Shown in pieces: positions 20,647 to 31,903 of a stretch of DNA of 32,000 nt. Location: assembly GCF_963920485.1 (NCBI RefSeq), contig NZ_OY986431.1, positions 2,315,351 to 2,347,350 of the forward strand, read 5' to 3'. The notes below the pieces were generated by a model that was not told the origin of the DNA, did not search any database, and was given only the letters and a program-made list of their open reading frames with translations. Position numbers and translations under genes: made by a program. Positions within the stretch are counted from its first letter, which is position 1, and each line of letters starts with the position of its first letter. The stretch comes from Cyanobium usitatum str. Tous. GTDB lineage: Bacteria > Cyanobacteriota > Cyanobacteriia > PCC-6307 > Cyanobiaceae.

Positions 20647-21864
20647 TCAGCTGGAGGCCCGCACCCGGATGTGGGCTGCGGCCGTGTCTGCCTTGCGGCG
20701 GGCCTCCTCCTCACTACCGCCCCGGGCCAGGGCTACGCCCATGCGCCGCTGGGGGCGGGCTTGCTGCTTGCCGAAAAGCAGCACCTGGGTATCGGTTTCG
20801 CTGAGGGCCTCCTTCACGCCGCTATAGGAGACCGCTTCTCCTTCGCTGTCGGCCAGAATTACCCGGCTGGCAGCGGCTCCCAGGCTTTGGATCGATGGGA
20901 TCGGCAGGCCCAGCACCGCCCGCAGGTGTAGTTCGAATTCGCTCAGGTTCTGGCCAACCAGTGTCACCAGGCCGGTGTCATGGGGGCGCGGTGAGAGCTC
21001 GGAGAAAATCACCTCAAGCTCACCTGGCTGACCGGAGCTGCTGCCGGTCTTTTTGCACAGGAAAAACTCAACGCCAAATAGGCCGGCGCCGCCCAGGTTG
21101 TCGGTGACGCTGCGGGCCATGACCTGGGCTGCCTCTAGAGCGGCGGCTGGCATCTGGGCTGGCTGCCAGCTGCATTGGTAGTCACCCCGCTCCTGGATGT
21201 GGCCGATCGGCGGGCAGAAGAGCGTTGGCCCTTGCCATTGCTTCACGGTGAGCAGGGTGATTTCGAGCTGGAAGTGCAGGAACTCCTCCACGATCACCAG
21301 CTCGCCGGCACCTCGGGCACCCGCCAGCGCTGCCTCCCAGGCAGCGGCCACTTCTTCTGGACCCTGCACCAAGCTTTGGCCCTTACCTGAGGAGCTCATC
21401 ACCGGCTTGACCACCACGGGCCAGCCCAGGCCGGCAGCCGCGCTTGCCAGTTCACTGGCGCTGCTGGCGTAGGCAAAGCGGGCGGTGCGCAGCCCCAGCT
21501 CGGTGGCCGCCAGGTCGCGGATGCGGTCGCGATTCATGGTCACGGCCGTGGCCCGAGCTGTGGGAATCACGCAGATGCCTTCCGCCTCCAGTTCCGCGAG
21601 GGCATCCACCGCGAGGGCTTCTATCTCTGGAATCACCAGATCGGGCCGGTGCTGGCGCACCACCGCCTTGAGGGCTTCTGGGTCGGTCATGGTGACCACC
21701 TCAGCGACATCAGCCACCTGCATGGCCGGGGCGTTGGCGTAGCGATCCACTGCGATCACCCGGCAGCCGAGGCGCTGGGCTGCGATGGCAACCTCCTTAC
21801 CCAGCTCGCCGCTGCCGAGCAGCATCAAGGTGGCGGGAAGAGTGGCAGGGGTGGGAAAGGTCAT
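20647..21864 (-). CDS. purT: formate-dependent phosphoribosylglycinamide formyltransferase
   Basis: The ATG at 21864 gives [33 protein letters not shown]. Has an ATP-grasp core and [16 protein letters not shown]...[15 protein letters not shown]. The ORF track's longer form starts at 21918. Confidence 0.9.
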   Translation of the reverse strand: [405 protein letters not shown]

Positions 21865-21932
21865 GGTGGTCGCCCGGATCGCGGGCAGGACAGCAAGATG
21901 GAACTGATCTCTTTGCACACCGGGGCGCGTTG

Positions 21933-22106
21933 ATGGTTTGGCTGTTGGGATTGCCCTTGGGTTTCAGTACGGCTGGGGACGCTGCCAATGGCCTGTTATT
22001 CGGCTGGGACATCGCCACCTTGCAGAAATGGGCCCTGATCTACCTAGGTCTTTCCTCCCTGGCTTTTGTGGTGGTGTGGCTGGTGGGCTATCTGCGTCGA
22101 AACTGA
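21933..22106 (+). CDS. candidate 57-aa small membrane protein (not in the ORF track)
   Basis: Hand translation from ATG 21933 to TGA 22104-22106 gives MVWLLGLPLGFSTAGDAANGLLFGWDIATLQKWALIYLGLSSLAFVVVWLVGYLRRN. The C-terminal hydrophobic helix ends in RR. Hand-counted third-position G+C is ~40/57. It is divergent from purT and in a different frame from the track's 21938..22150 ORF. Confidence 0.5.
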   Translation: MVWLLGLPLGFSTAGDAANGLLFGWDIATLQKWALIYLGLSSLAFVVVWLVGYLRRN

Positions 22107-22343
22107 TTAGTTCAGCAATGTCAGCTGCCGCACCGGCGATTCCTCGTTGATGAAGCCATAGGCCTCAAATACGTTTGGATCTGGGTGGGTGATGTGCTGG
22201 CCATCGCTGTGGCGCTCCAGCTGAAAGCCCTCGCTGGCCATGCGGCGCATCAGGGCAGCGGCCTCCTCGAAGCGGGCAGCCATGGCTGCCAGGCTGGCGC
22301 AGTCGGAGCTGAGGCCGGTGTCCTTCCAGGTGAAGTAAGCCAT
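22107..22343 (-). CDS. small conserved hypothetical protein (78 aa)
   Basis: ATG-initiated ORF MAYFTWKDTGLSSDCASLAAMAARFEEAAALMRRMASEGFQLERH... with no overlap of neighbouring genes and high-GC codon usage. Function unknown. Confidence 0.6.
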   Translation of the reverse strand: MAYFTWKDTGLSSDCASLAAMAARFEEAAALMRRMASEGFQLERHSDGQHITHPDPNVFEAYGFINEESPVRQLTLLN

Positions 22344-22365
22344 GGGTGTTAGGCGAGGGCAGGGC

Positions 22366-23436
22366 TTAGGGCAGCAGCACTAAACCCAATCCCACCAGTA
22401 GCAGGCTGGCGAGCCAAAAGCGGATCACGACCACCTGTTCGTTGAGCCCACCAAGCTCGAAGTGGTGGTGCAGCGGCGCCATCTTGAACAGGCGCCGGCC
22501 CTGGCCCGTGGCCGGGTCTTTGGTGGTCTTGAACACCCACACCTGCAGGATCACGGACAGCGATTCCGCCAGGAACACCCCTCCCATCAGCAGCAGGGGC
22601 CAGAGGCTGTTGGAGAGCAGGGCGACGGCGCTGAGGGCTGCGCCCATGGCCAGGGAGCCGGTGTCTCCCATGAACACTCGAGCCGGGTGGCGGTTGTGGA
22701 CCAGAAAGCCCAGCCAGCAGCCGGCCATCGCGGCGCAGAAACCGGCCATAGCCGCATCGCCTTCATGGCCGCGCAGCATCAGCTGCAGCCCCATGCCTGT
22801 GAACACCACGGCGCCGCAGCCTGCGGCCAGGCCGTCGAGGCCATCGGTGAGGTTGGTGGCGTTGCTTTCGGCCATAAACACAAACAACCCCAGCGGCCAG
22901 ATCAGCAAGCCGATCGGCAGCACCCAGCCCAGGGGCAGGGCGATGTCGCCAGGGGAGGCCCCACCCAGCCACTGGCCTGCTGCGGCCCAGATCAGAAACA
23001 ACAGGGCTGCGCCGGCCTGCAGCAGCAATTTGCCCCGGGGCGTGAGGCCCGTGTTGGTGCGGCGGGTGAGGCTGCGCCAGTCATCGACGGCGCCGATCGC
23101 CATGTAGGCCAGGGTTACGGCGGCAACAGCAAGCAGGCGGGGATCGCTTGGGCTCAGCAGGCCGCCCACCAGCACCCCCACGGGCACCACCAGCAGGCCG
23201 CCCATGGTGGGAGTGCCGGCCTTGCTGAGGTGGCCCTGGGGCCCCTCTGCGCGAATAACCTGGCCGAGCTTGAGCTGGCGCAGTCGCGGCACCCCCCAAC
23301 CGGTGACGGCAGCGCTGATCAGGCCGGCAACTAGCAGCGGCACGGTGAGCTGGGGCGCGCCGCTAAGCCAGTCGCACAGCAGACAGGCCAGCAACAACAA
23401 ACTGCTGAGTAGGGCAGCCGGGGTCGAAACAACCAA
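22366..23436 (-). CDS. mraY: phospho-N-acetylmuramoyl-pentapeptide transferase
   Basis: 356-aa polytopic membrane ORF with [34 protein letters not shown] and APLHHHFE. The track's start at 23436 is TTG. Confidence 0.93.
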   Translation of the reverse strand: MVVSTPAALLSSLLLLACLLCDWLSGAPQLTVPLLVAGLISAAVTGWGVPRLRQLKLGQVIRAEGPQGHLSKAGTPTMGGLLVVPVGVLVGGLLSPSDPRLLAVAAVTLAYMAIGAVDDWRSLTRRTNTGLTPRGKLLLQAGAALLFLIWAAAGQWLGGASPGDIALPLGWVLPIGLLIWPLGLFVFMAESNATNLTDGLDGLAAGCGAVVFTGMGLQLMLRGHEGDAAMAGFCAAMAGCWLGFLVHNRHPARVFMGDTGSLAMGAALSAVALLSNSLWPLLLMGGVFLAESLSVILQVWVFKTTKDPATGQGRRLFKMAPLHHHFELGGLNEQVVVIRFWLASLLLVGLGLVLLP

Positions 23437-23476
23437 GGGAAAGGGACGGCGACCGCCCCAGTTTCCCCTGCGGAAC

Positions 23477-23752
23477 TCAGTCTTCCCAGTCTTCGTCCTG
23501 TTGTTCGTCGTCCTTGTTGTAGTCCTCCTTCTCGCCCATCAGGGCGGAAAGCTCCTCCTCTTCCACCGTGCTCACTTCGGTGCTGGCGGTTTCTTCATCC
23601 GCTACCAGGCGGCCAGTGCTCTCCAGCCAGCTCAGCAGATCGGGCTCATCGCGCAGGGGCAGCACCGGGGCTGGGTCGCTGCGCCGGTAGCGGGTCAGCG
23701 AGGGATTGATCGTGTCAAGTCGACTGCTGTCACTGGTCGCGAGTGTGCTCAT
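23477..23752 (-). CDS. small acidic cyanobacterial hypothetical protein (possibly DUF3134-like)
   Basis: 91-aa ORF. The [23 protein letters not shown] motif resembles a conserved cyanobacterial small-protein family; that family assignment is from memory and is uncertain. The C-terminus is strongly acidic. Confidence 0.6.
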   Translation of the reverse strand: MSTLATSDSSRLDTINPSLTRYRRSDPAPVLPLRDEPDLLSWLESTGRLVADEETASTEVSTVEEEELSALMGEKEDYNKDDEQQDEDWED

Positions 23753-23841
23753 GCGTGCGCCTACCGGTAGCTAGGTCTGGGGCTAGGCCCATACAGACCA
23801 ATCAGTCACCATAGCTGCAAAGCAAATGCACCCGACCGCCC

Positions 23842-24075
23842 ATGCCCACCAGCAGCCAAAAGGCCAGCCCCCTAGCCGGGGTGCTGAAGGTCTGGGCCCT
23901 GGCCCTGGCCATCAGTGCCGCACTGGCCGCAGCGGGCGAGCGTTGGCCCCAGCCGTTGCCCCTGCAGCAGGGGGTGGTGTGGCTGCTGGTGGGCCTGCCA
24001 CCCCTGCTAGTGGGGTTGTGGTTGCTGACCCACTGGTCCCTGCCACACCCCGACAGGGGAGAATCGAGCAACTGA
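23842..24075 (+). CDS. candidate 77-aa two-TM membrane protein
   Basis: Starts at ATG, with two hydrophobic segments (VLKVWALALAISAALAAAG; VVWLLVGLPPLLVGLWLLTHW) and very high third-position G+C by eye. It ends 18 nt before argG. Competing ORFs (23826..24338 +, 23802..24071 -) have no protein-like features. Confidence 0.5.
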   Translation: MPTSSQKASPLAGVLKVWALALAISAALAAAGERWPQPLPLQQGVVWLLVGLPPLLVGLWLLTHWSLPHPDRGESSN

Positions 24076-24093
24076 ACGCATGGAGAGGCGTTG

Positions 24094-25298
<1,205 letters not shown>

Positions 25299-25302
<4 letters not shown>

Positions 25303-25685
25303 GGCTCCTGGTTAGGGCTGAAGCCGAAGGCATGGAGTAGGGCCTGGCGCAGTCTTGGTCTGGCAGGCTCTTGCTGGGGTAGCAGCAGGCGCTGGGCACC
25401 CGTATCGCTGCCGGGCTGTAACTGCAGCAGGTGCTGGCGCAGGTTGGCGTTGTCGCTGAGCAGCCGCTGTTGCTGGTCGAGCATCGGCTGCAATCGCTGC
25501 CGAAATTTGTCTTCAAAAAGGCCGGGTAAGTCTTCGAGCAGGGCCTGCATGGCCTGAAGCTCCTCCCGAGTTTTGGCAAGTTCCTGTTCCAGCTCGTTTT
25601 GGCGCTCTTGCTGCTGGTGCCACGAAAAAACCGAAGTGACAGAGGGCTGCCACTTCGGTGCTGGTGGTATGGCGTCAGGCTCCAT
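25299..25685 (-). CDS. hypothetical coiled-coil protein (128 aa)
   Basis: Starts at ATG. The Q/E/L-rich heptad-like region [53 protein letters not shown] suggests a coiled coil. Its stop codon interlocks with the argG stop (TTAG at 25299-25302). Confidence 0.55.
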
Positions 25686-25762
25686 GGGCGGAGATTACGA
25701 GTGGGCCCGATTTTTTACAAGCCAGGCCTGTGTTAGCTCCGCAGCTATTTGGAGTCGTTAGA

Positions 25763-25805
25763 TCAAGCTGAGTCCTTGGGTCAAGCTGAGTCCCAAGGTC
25801 AAGCC
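25763..25805. repeat. 2.4 copies of an 18-nt tandem repeat forming a 7-bp hairpin just 3' of rpsF
   Basis: TCAAGCTGAGTCC+TTGGG (25763-25780), TCAAGCTGAGTCC+CAAGG (25781-25798), then TCAAGCC (25799-25805, overlapping the rpsF stop). CCTTGGG 25774-25780 pairs with CCCAAGG 25792-25798. Confidence 0.7.
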
Positions 25806-26161
25806 GTGGCGGGTTCCATGGGAGCGGCTTCAGTGCTGGCGCCGGGCAGGGTGCGCGGTGCCGGCATCGGGCCGTCTTGCTTGACGGTGAGATAGCGAAT
25901 CACATCTTCTGAGAGACGCATGGCCCGCTCCAGCGGACCTACCTGCTGGCCGTCGCCGTTGTGGTTGAGCTGCACATAGATGCCCTCGCGGTGCTTGGCG
26001 ATCGAATAGGCCAGGCGGCGCTTGCCGCGCATCTGGCAATCCAGCACTTCACCACCGGATTCGGTGACCAGATCGCGGTACTTGGCGACATGGGTTTCCA
26101 CCTCTTCTTCCGGAATATCCGGACGAAGGATGTACATGGTCTCGTAATAGGGCTGCGTCAT
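25799..26161 (-). CDS. rpsF: 30S ribosomal protein S6
   Basis: 120-aa [69 protein letters not shown]..., the classic bS6 N-terminal pattern. Confidence 0.93.
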   Translation of the reverse strand: MTQPYYETMYILRPDIPEEEVETHVAKYRDLVTESGGEVLDCQMRGKRRLAYSIAKHREGIYVQLNHNGDGQQVGPLERAMRLSEDVIRYLTVKQDGPMPAPRTLPGASTEAAPMEPATA

Positions 26162-26239
26162 GGTCGCTTCGGGGTTGTCGCCTCAGGAATTGGGGCAGCG
26201 GCCGGCGGGCTGATGCCCACCAGCGACGGATCAAACACC

Positions 26240-26701
26240 TTACAGCTGCATCCGAACGGCTTCCGAGAGGCTGGGAATATCGGCTTCCTTACCCCGCAGG
26301 TTTTGCACCACAGCAAACAGCACCAGCACCAAGATGCCGATAAACACCGTGTTGCTGAGGGTTTTGCCGACGAAGTCCAGGGCGCCTAGCTGCAGCACCT
26401 GGAAGGCCAGGCTCACCAGTACCACCACGATGTCGATCAGGATCGCCTGCAGCACGTTGAAGCGGATCAGGTACGGCACCTTGTTGTTGCGCACCACCGC
26501 CAGGAACAGCACTAGGAACAGCACCAGACCGCCAAAGGGCACCGCCTGCTCCAGCAGGGCGATCGGCAGGATCGGCACCCCAAGCCACTGCAGGGCCGGG
26601 AACAGGCCGAACAGCCCCCGACCGAAGGAGAAGGCGTCGCTCCAGGGCAACAGGTAGGCCAGGGCCGCCAGCAATCTCTGCCAGATCGGGGGATCCTGCA
26701 T
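26240..26701 (-). CDS. Tic20-like membrane protein
   Basis: 153-aa, four-helix ORF. YLLPWSDAFSFG...FLAVVRNNKVPYLIRFNVLQAILIDIVV matches the Tic20/HP-Tic20 family pattern as I recall it (RN..vp.fvRFN.mQAil.Di). Confidence 0.75.
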   Translation of the reverse strand: MQDPPIWQRLLAALAYLLPWSDAFSFGRGLFGLFPALQWLGVPILPIALLEQAVPFGGLVLFLVLFLAVVRNNKVPYLIRFNVLQAILIDIVVVLVSLAFQVLQLGALDFVGKTLSNTVFIGILVLVLFAVVQNLRGKEADIPSLSEAVRMQL

Positions 26702-26729
26702 GGATGGAGAAACTTCCAGAGCCTTTAGG

Positions 26730-27626
26730 CTAGGGGCCCAGCTGGGCTAGGGCTGCCGCGCGCATCGCCGCCACCGGCACCTGATCAAGCCCGCTCCAGC
26801 GCCGCAGGGAGGCCGCACCCTGTTGCACCAGCATCTCCAGCCCATCTAGGGCCCTGCAGCCCCGCTGGCTCGCCGCCTGCAGCAGGGCGGTGGTTCTAGG
26901 TGTGTAAATCAGGTCGTACACGGTCGCGCCGGGTCGCAGGGCTTCCAGTTCGCCGGGGCTGAGTGGGCAGTGCCGGGTCGCATCCGGATTGCCGGCGGCA
27001 GCCATGCCCACGGGGGTGGTGTTGACCACCAGGTCTGCCATGGCCAGGGCCTCGGCTAGGGCCGTGCTGCCCTCAGCCCATTCCAGCTCCCGCAGTTGGG
27101 GCGCCCAGCTTTGGCAGGTGGCCAGCAGGGCTGCGAGGCGCTCGCTGCTGCGGCCTGCCATGGCGATCGAGCTGCAGCCCAGTTCCACTAAGGCGGCCAC
27201 CACCGCCCGGGCACTGCCGCCACAGCCCAGCAGCACCGCTCGCCGCCCCTGCCAGTTCTGCTCAGTGCTGCGTAGGGGCGCCAAGAAGCCCTCCACGTCT
27301 GTGTTTTCCCCCAGCCAGCCCCCCTGCTGGTGCCGCACCAGGGTGTTCACCGCACCCACCCGTTGCGCCAGGGGCGAGAGGCTGCGGCAGAGGCCAGCCA
27401 CTGCTTGCTTGTGGGGCAGGGTCACATTGAGGCCGCGGCAGTCAACGGCCTCCAGCCCTTGCAGCACCATCGCCAGCTGGTCGGCCCTGGTAGGCATGGC
27501 CAAGTACACCCAGTTGAGCCCCAGCTCCGCCAGGGCCGCGTTGTGCATTGCCGGCGATAGGGAGTGGCGCACCGGATCCCCGAGAACCCCAGCTAGGGCA
27601 GTGCTTCCGGAGATCGGCTGGGGCAT
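26730..27626 (-). CDS. aroE: shikimate 5-dehydrogenase
   Basis: The ATG at 27626 gives MPQPISGSTALAGVLGDPVRHSLSPAMHNAA. Also has NVTLPHK, GENTDVEGF and the NADP site LLGCGGSARAV. The track's longer form (to 27719) would leave only 19 nt before the divergent dnaK. Confidence 0.9.
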   Translation of the reverse strand: MPQPISGSTALAGVLGDPVRHSLSPAMHNAALAELGLNWVYLAMPTRADQLAMVLQGLEAVDCRGLNVTLPHKQAVAGLCRSLSPLAQRVGAVNTLVRHQQGGWLGENTDVEGFLAPLRSTEQNWQGRRAVLLGCGGSARAVVAALVELGCSSIAMAGRSSERLAALLATCQSWAPQLRELEWAEGSTALAEALAMADLVVNTTPVGMAAAGNPDATRHCPLSPGELEALRPGATVYDLIYTPRTTALLQAASQRGCRALDGLEMLVQQGAASLRRWSGLDQVPVAAMRAAALAQLGP

Positions 27627-27738
27627 GAAGGTGGGCTGGCTGGCTGGAACTGTTCGGGAACCACCCCTCGCCTGGGAAGGCCCCAGCTGCTGAAGATGCT
27701 CCCAGTCAGATCCACTCACCGTAAGGAGTTAGTAACCC

Positions 27739-29652
<1,914 letters not shown>

Positions 29653-29684
29653 TCAGATTTATTGAACGCCTTTAGGCGATCTTT

Positions 29685-29708
29685 AGCCCCCCGTAAGGGG
29701 GGCTTTTT
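29685..29708 (+). terminator. rho-independent terminator of dnaK
   Basis: GCCCCCC (29686-29692), GTAA tetraloop, GGGGGGC (29697-29703), then TTTTT (29704-29708). It starts 33 nt after the dnaK stop and ends 7 nt before the convergent pstS stop. Confidence 0.85.
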
Positions 29709-29714
29709 GCTGGC

Positions 29715-30707
29715 TCAGGGGCCAACGCTGGCCAGGGCATCCTTCGCTTTGGCTAAGACAGGAGCGGGCAGGGGGATGTAGCCCAGAGCGGGAGCCTGCT
29801 TTTGGGCTGCTTCGCTGAGGGCGTAGTTGAAGGTGCGCTGCAGGGCGGGCAGCTTGGCCGCATTGCCATTTTTGTAGAGCAGCACCCAGGTGAAGGTGAC
29901 GATTGGATAGCCAGCGCTGGGATTGGGATCGCTGCCGGTGAGATCGTCTCCCAAGTTGATCGTGGCCAGGGCTTGGCTGGCGTTGGCGGCATCGGGCAGG
30001 CTGAAGTTGCCGGTGCGATTGGCGATGGCGGCGGGCTGGAGGACGCCCCGCACATAGGCCGCTTCCACGTAGCCAATGCTGCCTTTGGTTTGCAGCATGC
30101 TGGCGGCGACGCCCTCATTGCCTTTGGCGCCCACTCCCGTGGGCCAGTTCACCGACTTGCCAACGCCGGGCCCTTTCTTCCAGCTGGGGCTGAAGGCGGC
30201 CAGTGAATTGGTGAAGTTGTAGGTGGTGCCGGAGCCATCGGAGCGCACCACCACCTGGATCGGCTGGTTGGCGCAGCCCAGCTGCTGGAAGTTCTTGATC
30301 TTGCCCTCGAAGATCTGCACCAGCTGCTCCTGGCTGAGCTTGAGCTTGCAGCCGGGCAGGTTGTAGGCCACGGCGATGGCGCCAGCGGTGAGGGGTAGTT
30401 GCACCACACCGCGTTTGATCGCTGCAGCATCTTTGGCGTCCAGGGGTTTGTCGCTGGCGGCGAAATCCACCGTGCCGGCTTCAAACTGGCGGACGCCGGC
30501 ACCGGAGCCCACCGACTGGTAGTTGACCCGAATCTTGTCCTTGCTTGCCAGGTCTGCAAACCAGCGCTGGTAAAGGCCCGCCGGGAAACTGGCGCCGGCG
30601 GCCTGGAGCGTCGGGCCGCCGCCACCGCAGCTGCTCAGGCTGATTAGGGCAGCCAAGCCGAGGGCGCTCCTCAACGGGATGCTGGGGCGAAAGCGGCTGA
30701 CGGCCAT
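29715..30707 (-). CDS. pstS: phosphate ABC transporter substrate-binding lipoprotein PstS
   Basis: 330-aa ORF with a lipobox LSSC followed by GGGG. PstS motifs: GASFPAGLYQRW, YQSVGSGAGVRQFEAGTVDFAASD, RSDGSGTTYNFT. Confidence 0.9.
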   Translation of the reverse strand: MAVSRFRPSIPLRSALGLAALISLSSCGGGGPTLQAAGASFPAGLYQRWFADLASKDKIRVNYQSVGSGAGVRQFEAGTVDFAASDKPLDAKDAAAIKRGVVQLPLTAGAIAVAYNLPGCKLKLSQEQLVQIFEGKIKNFQQLGCANQPIQVVVRSDGSGTTYNFTNSLAAFSPSWKKGPGVGKSVNWPTGVGAKGNEGVAASMLQTKGSIGYVEAAYVRGVLQPAAIANRTGNFSLPDAANASQALATINLGDDLTGSDPNPSAGYPIVTFTWVLLYKNGNAAKLPALQRTFNYALSEAAQKQAPALGYIPLPAPVLAKAKDALASVGP

Positions 30708-30738
30708 GGAGGTAGCTGGTGAAGGGTGGCGTCCCGGC

Positions 30739-30757
30739 AGGTTAGGGCTTGATTAAG
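30739..30757 (-). promoter_or_regulatory. Pho-box-like direct repeats upstream of pstS
   Basis: The minus strand reads CTTAATCA-AGC-CCTAACCT, two 8-mers with an 11-nt period. Against the cyanobacterial PhoB-site consensus PyTTAAPyPy(T/A), the first is perfect and the second has one mismatch. The proximal repeat ends 31 nt upstream of the pstS ATG. Confidence 0.4.
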
Positions 30758-30779
30758 AAGGTGTTTGCTGGCTGGTTTG

Positions 30780-31898
30780 TCAGCCTTGCTCCAGTTGGTC
30801 GGCCACCCATTCCGCCGTCGCCGGTGCCAGCAGCACGCCATTGCGGTAGTGGCCGCTGGCCAGCACCAGGCCCGGCTCCAGCTGCTCGAGCAGGGGCGCT
30901 GGGCGGCCGATCGGATGGGGCCGGTGGCCCTGCCACTTGCGCACCACGGTGGCCTGTTGCAGCCAGGCTGGCGCCGCACCACCCAGCTGTTGCAGGTTGG
31001 CGAGGGCGGTGGGATCGGCTTGATCGCCAGGCTCCAGGGTGGCCCCCAGCCAAAGCTTGCTGCTGGCACGGGGCACCAGGTTAAGCCCCTGCCACACCAC
31101 TGCCCCTGGCCACGGGACCGCCCCTGGCCAGGGGCTGGCGCTGCTCCAGTTTGTGGGGAGTGGCAACTCCAGTTCCACGGCCTGACCTAACACCGGCTCC
31201 ATGGGCACCTGGTGGCCTAGGTCCGCCAGGAGAGCGCTACTTGCTACCCCGGCGCTCAGCACCACCGCTTCCACCTCCAGATTTTCGCCGCAACGGGTGT
31301 GAACGCTCCAGCCACCGGGGCATTGCTCGAGGCGCTCAACCCGATCGCAGCAGGTCTGCAGACCCAGCCGCAGGCCATCGGCTAGCAGGGCTGCGAGGGC
31401 GGGGCCGGGATCCAGCTGCCCGTCGGCCGGGGAGTAGAGCCCGCCCAGGGCTCCGATCGGCAGGGCTGGGGCCAGGGCGTCAAGCCGGGGTTGATCCCAG
31501 AGTTCCAGGGCAAAGCCCTGCTGCCGCCGGCTTGCCACCAACTGGCGCTGGCGCTCCAGTTCCTCAGGGGTGCTGGCCAGCAGCAGCAAGCTGGGTCGCC
31601 AGGGCAGGGCCCAGCCCTGGGCCTGCAACTGCTGACGCCATTGGCCCCAGAGCTCCAGGCTGCGCTGGCGTAAGCGCCAGGCCCGGCCGCTGTTGCGGTG
31701 AAACACCTGGGCCATCAGCACCCCCAGGGCCGCCTCGCTACCTGAGCTGGGGTCTCGCTGGCCGTCCAGGCCTGGATCTATCAGTAAAACTCGGTGGCCC
31801 CGCTGCAGCAGTAGCCAGGCGCAGGCGCGGCCCACTAGGCCGGCGCCGATTACAGCGATCGAAAGGCGCCTAACGGCTGATCCGACGGGATGGCTCAG
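30780..31898 (-). CDS. thiO: FAD-dependent glycine oxidase-like oxidoreductase (ThiO/DAO family), 5' end uncertain
   Basis: DAO-family features include the C-terminal GHYRNGVLLAPATAE. The track ORF begins at GTG 31835, but the in-frame upstream codons read RRLSIAVIGAGLVG, which completes a Rossmann GxGxxG fold (…VIGAGLVGRACAWLLLQRGHRVLLID). No ATG, GTG or TTG lies in frame between the upstream gene's stop (31904-31906) and this motif. CTG at 31898 is the end I have provisionally chosen. Confidence 0.7.
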   Translation of the reverse strand: MSHPVGSAVRRLSIAVIGAGLVGRACAWLLLQRGHRVLLIDPGLDGQRDPSSGSEAALGVLMAQVFHRNSGRAWRLRQRSLELWGQWRQQLQAQGWALPWRPSLLLLASTPEELERQRQLVASRRQQGFALELWDQPRLDALAPALPIGALGGLYSPADGQLDPGPALAALLADGLRLGLQTCCDRVERLEQCPGGWSVHTRCGENLEVEAVVLSAGVASSALLADLGHQVPMEPVLGQAVELELPLPTNWSSASPWPGAVPWPGAVVWQGLNLVPRASSKLWLGATLEPGDQADPTALANLQQLGGAAPAWLQQATVVRKWQGHRPHPIGRPAPLLEQLEPGLVLASGHYRNGVLLAPATAEWVADQLEQG

Positions 31899-31903
31899 CT
31901 GGA

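Noticed and set aside
22442-23334. 221-aa and 290-aa + strand ORFs
   Set aside because: These are antisense to mraY, whose membrane-protein motifs are unambiguous, and have Arg/Pro/Ala-rich junk composition.
31151-31873. 240-aa + strand ORF
   Set aside because: It is antisense to the ThiO-like gene and is extremely Pro/Arg/Gly-rich with no domain signature.
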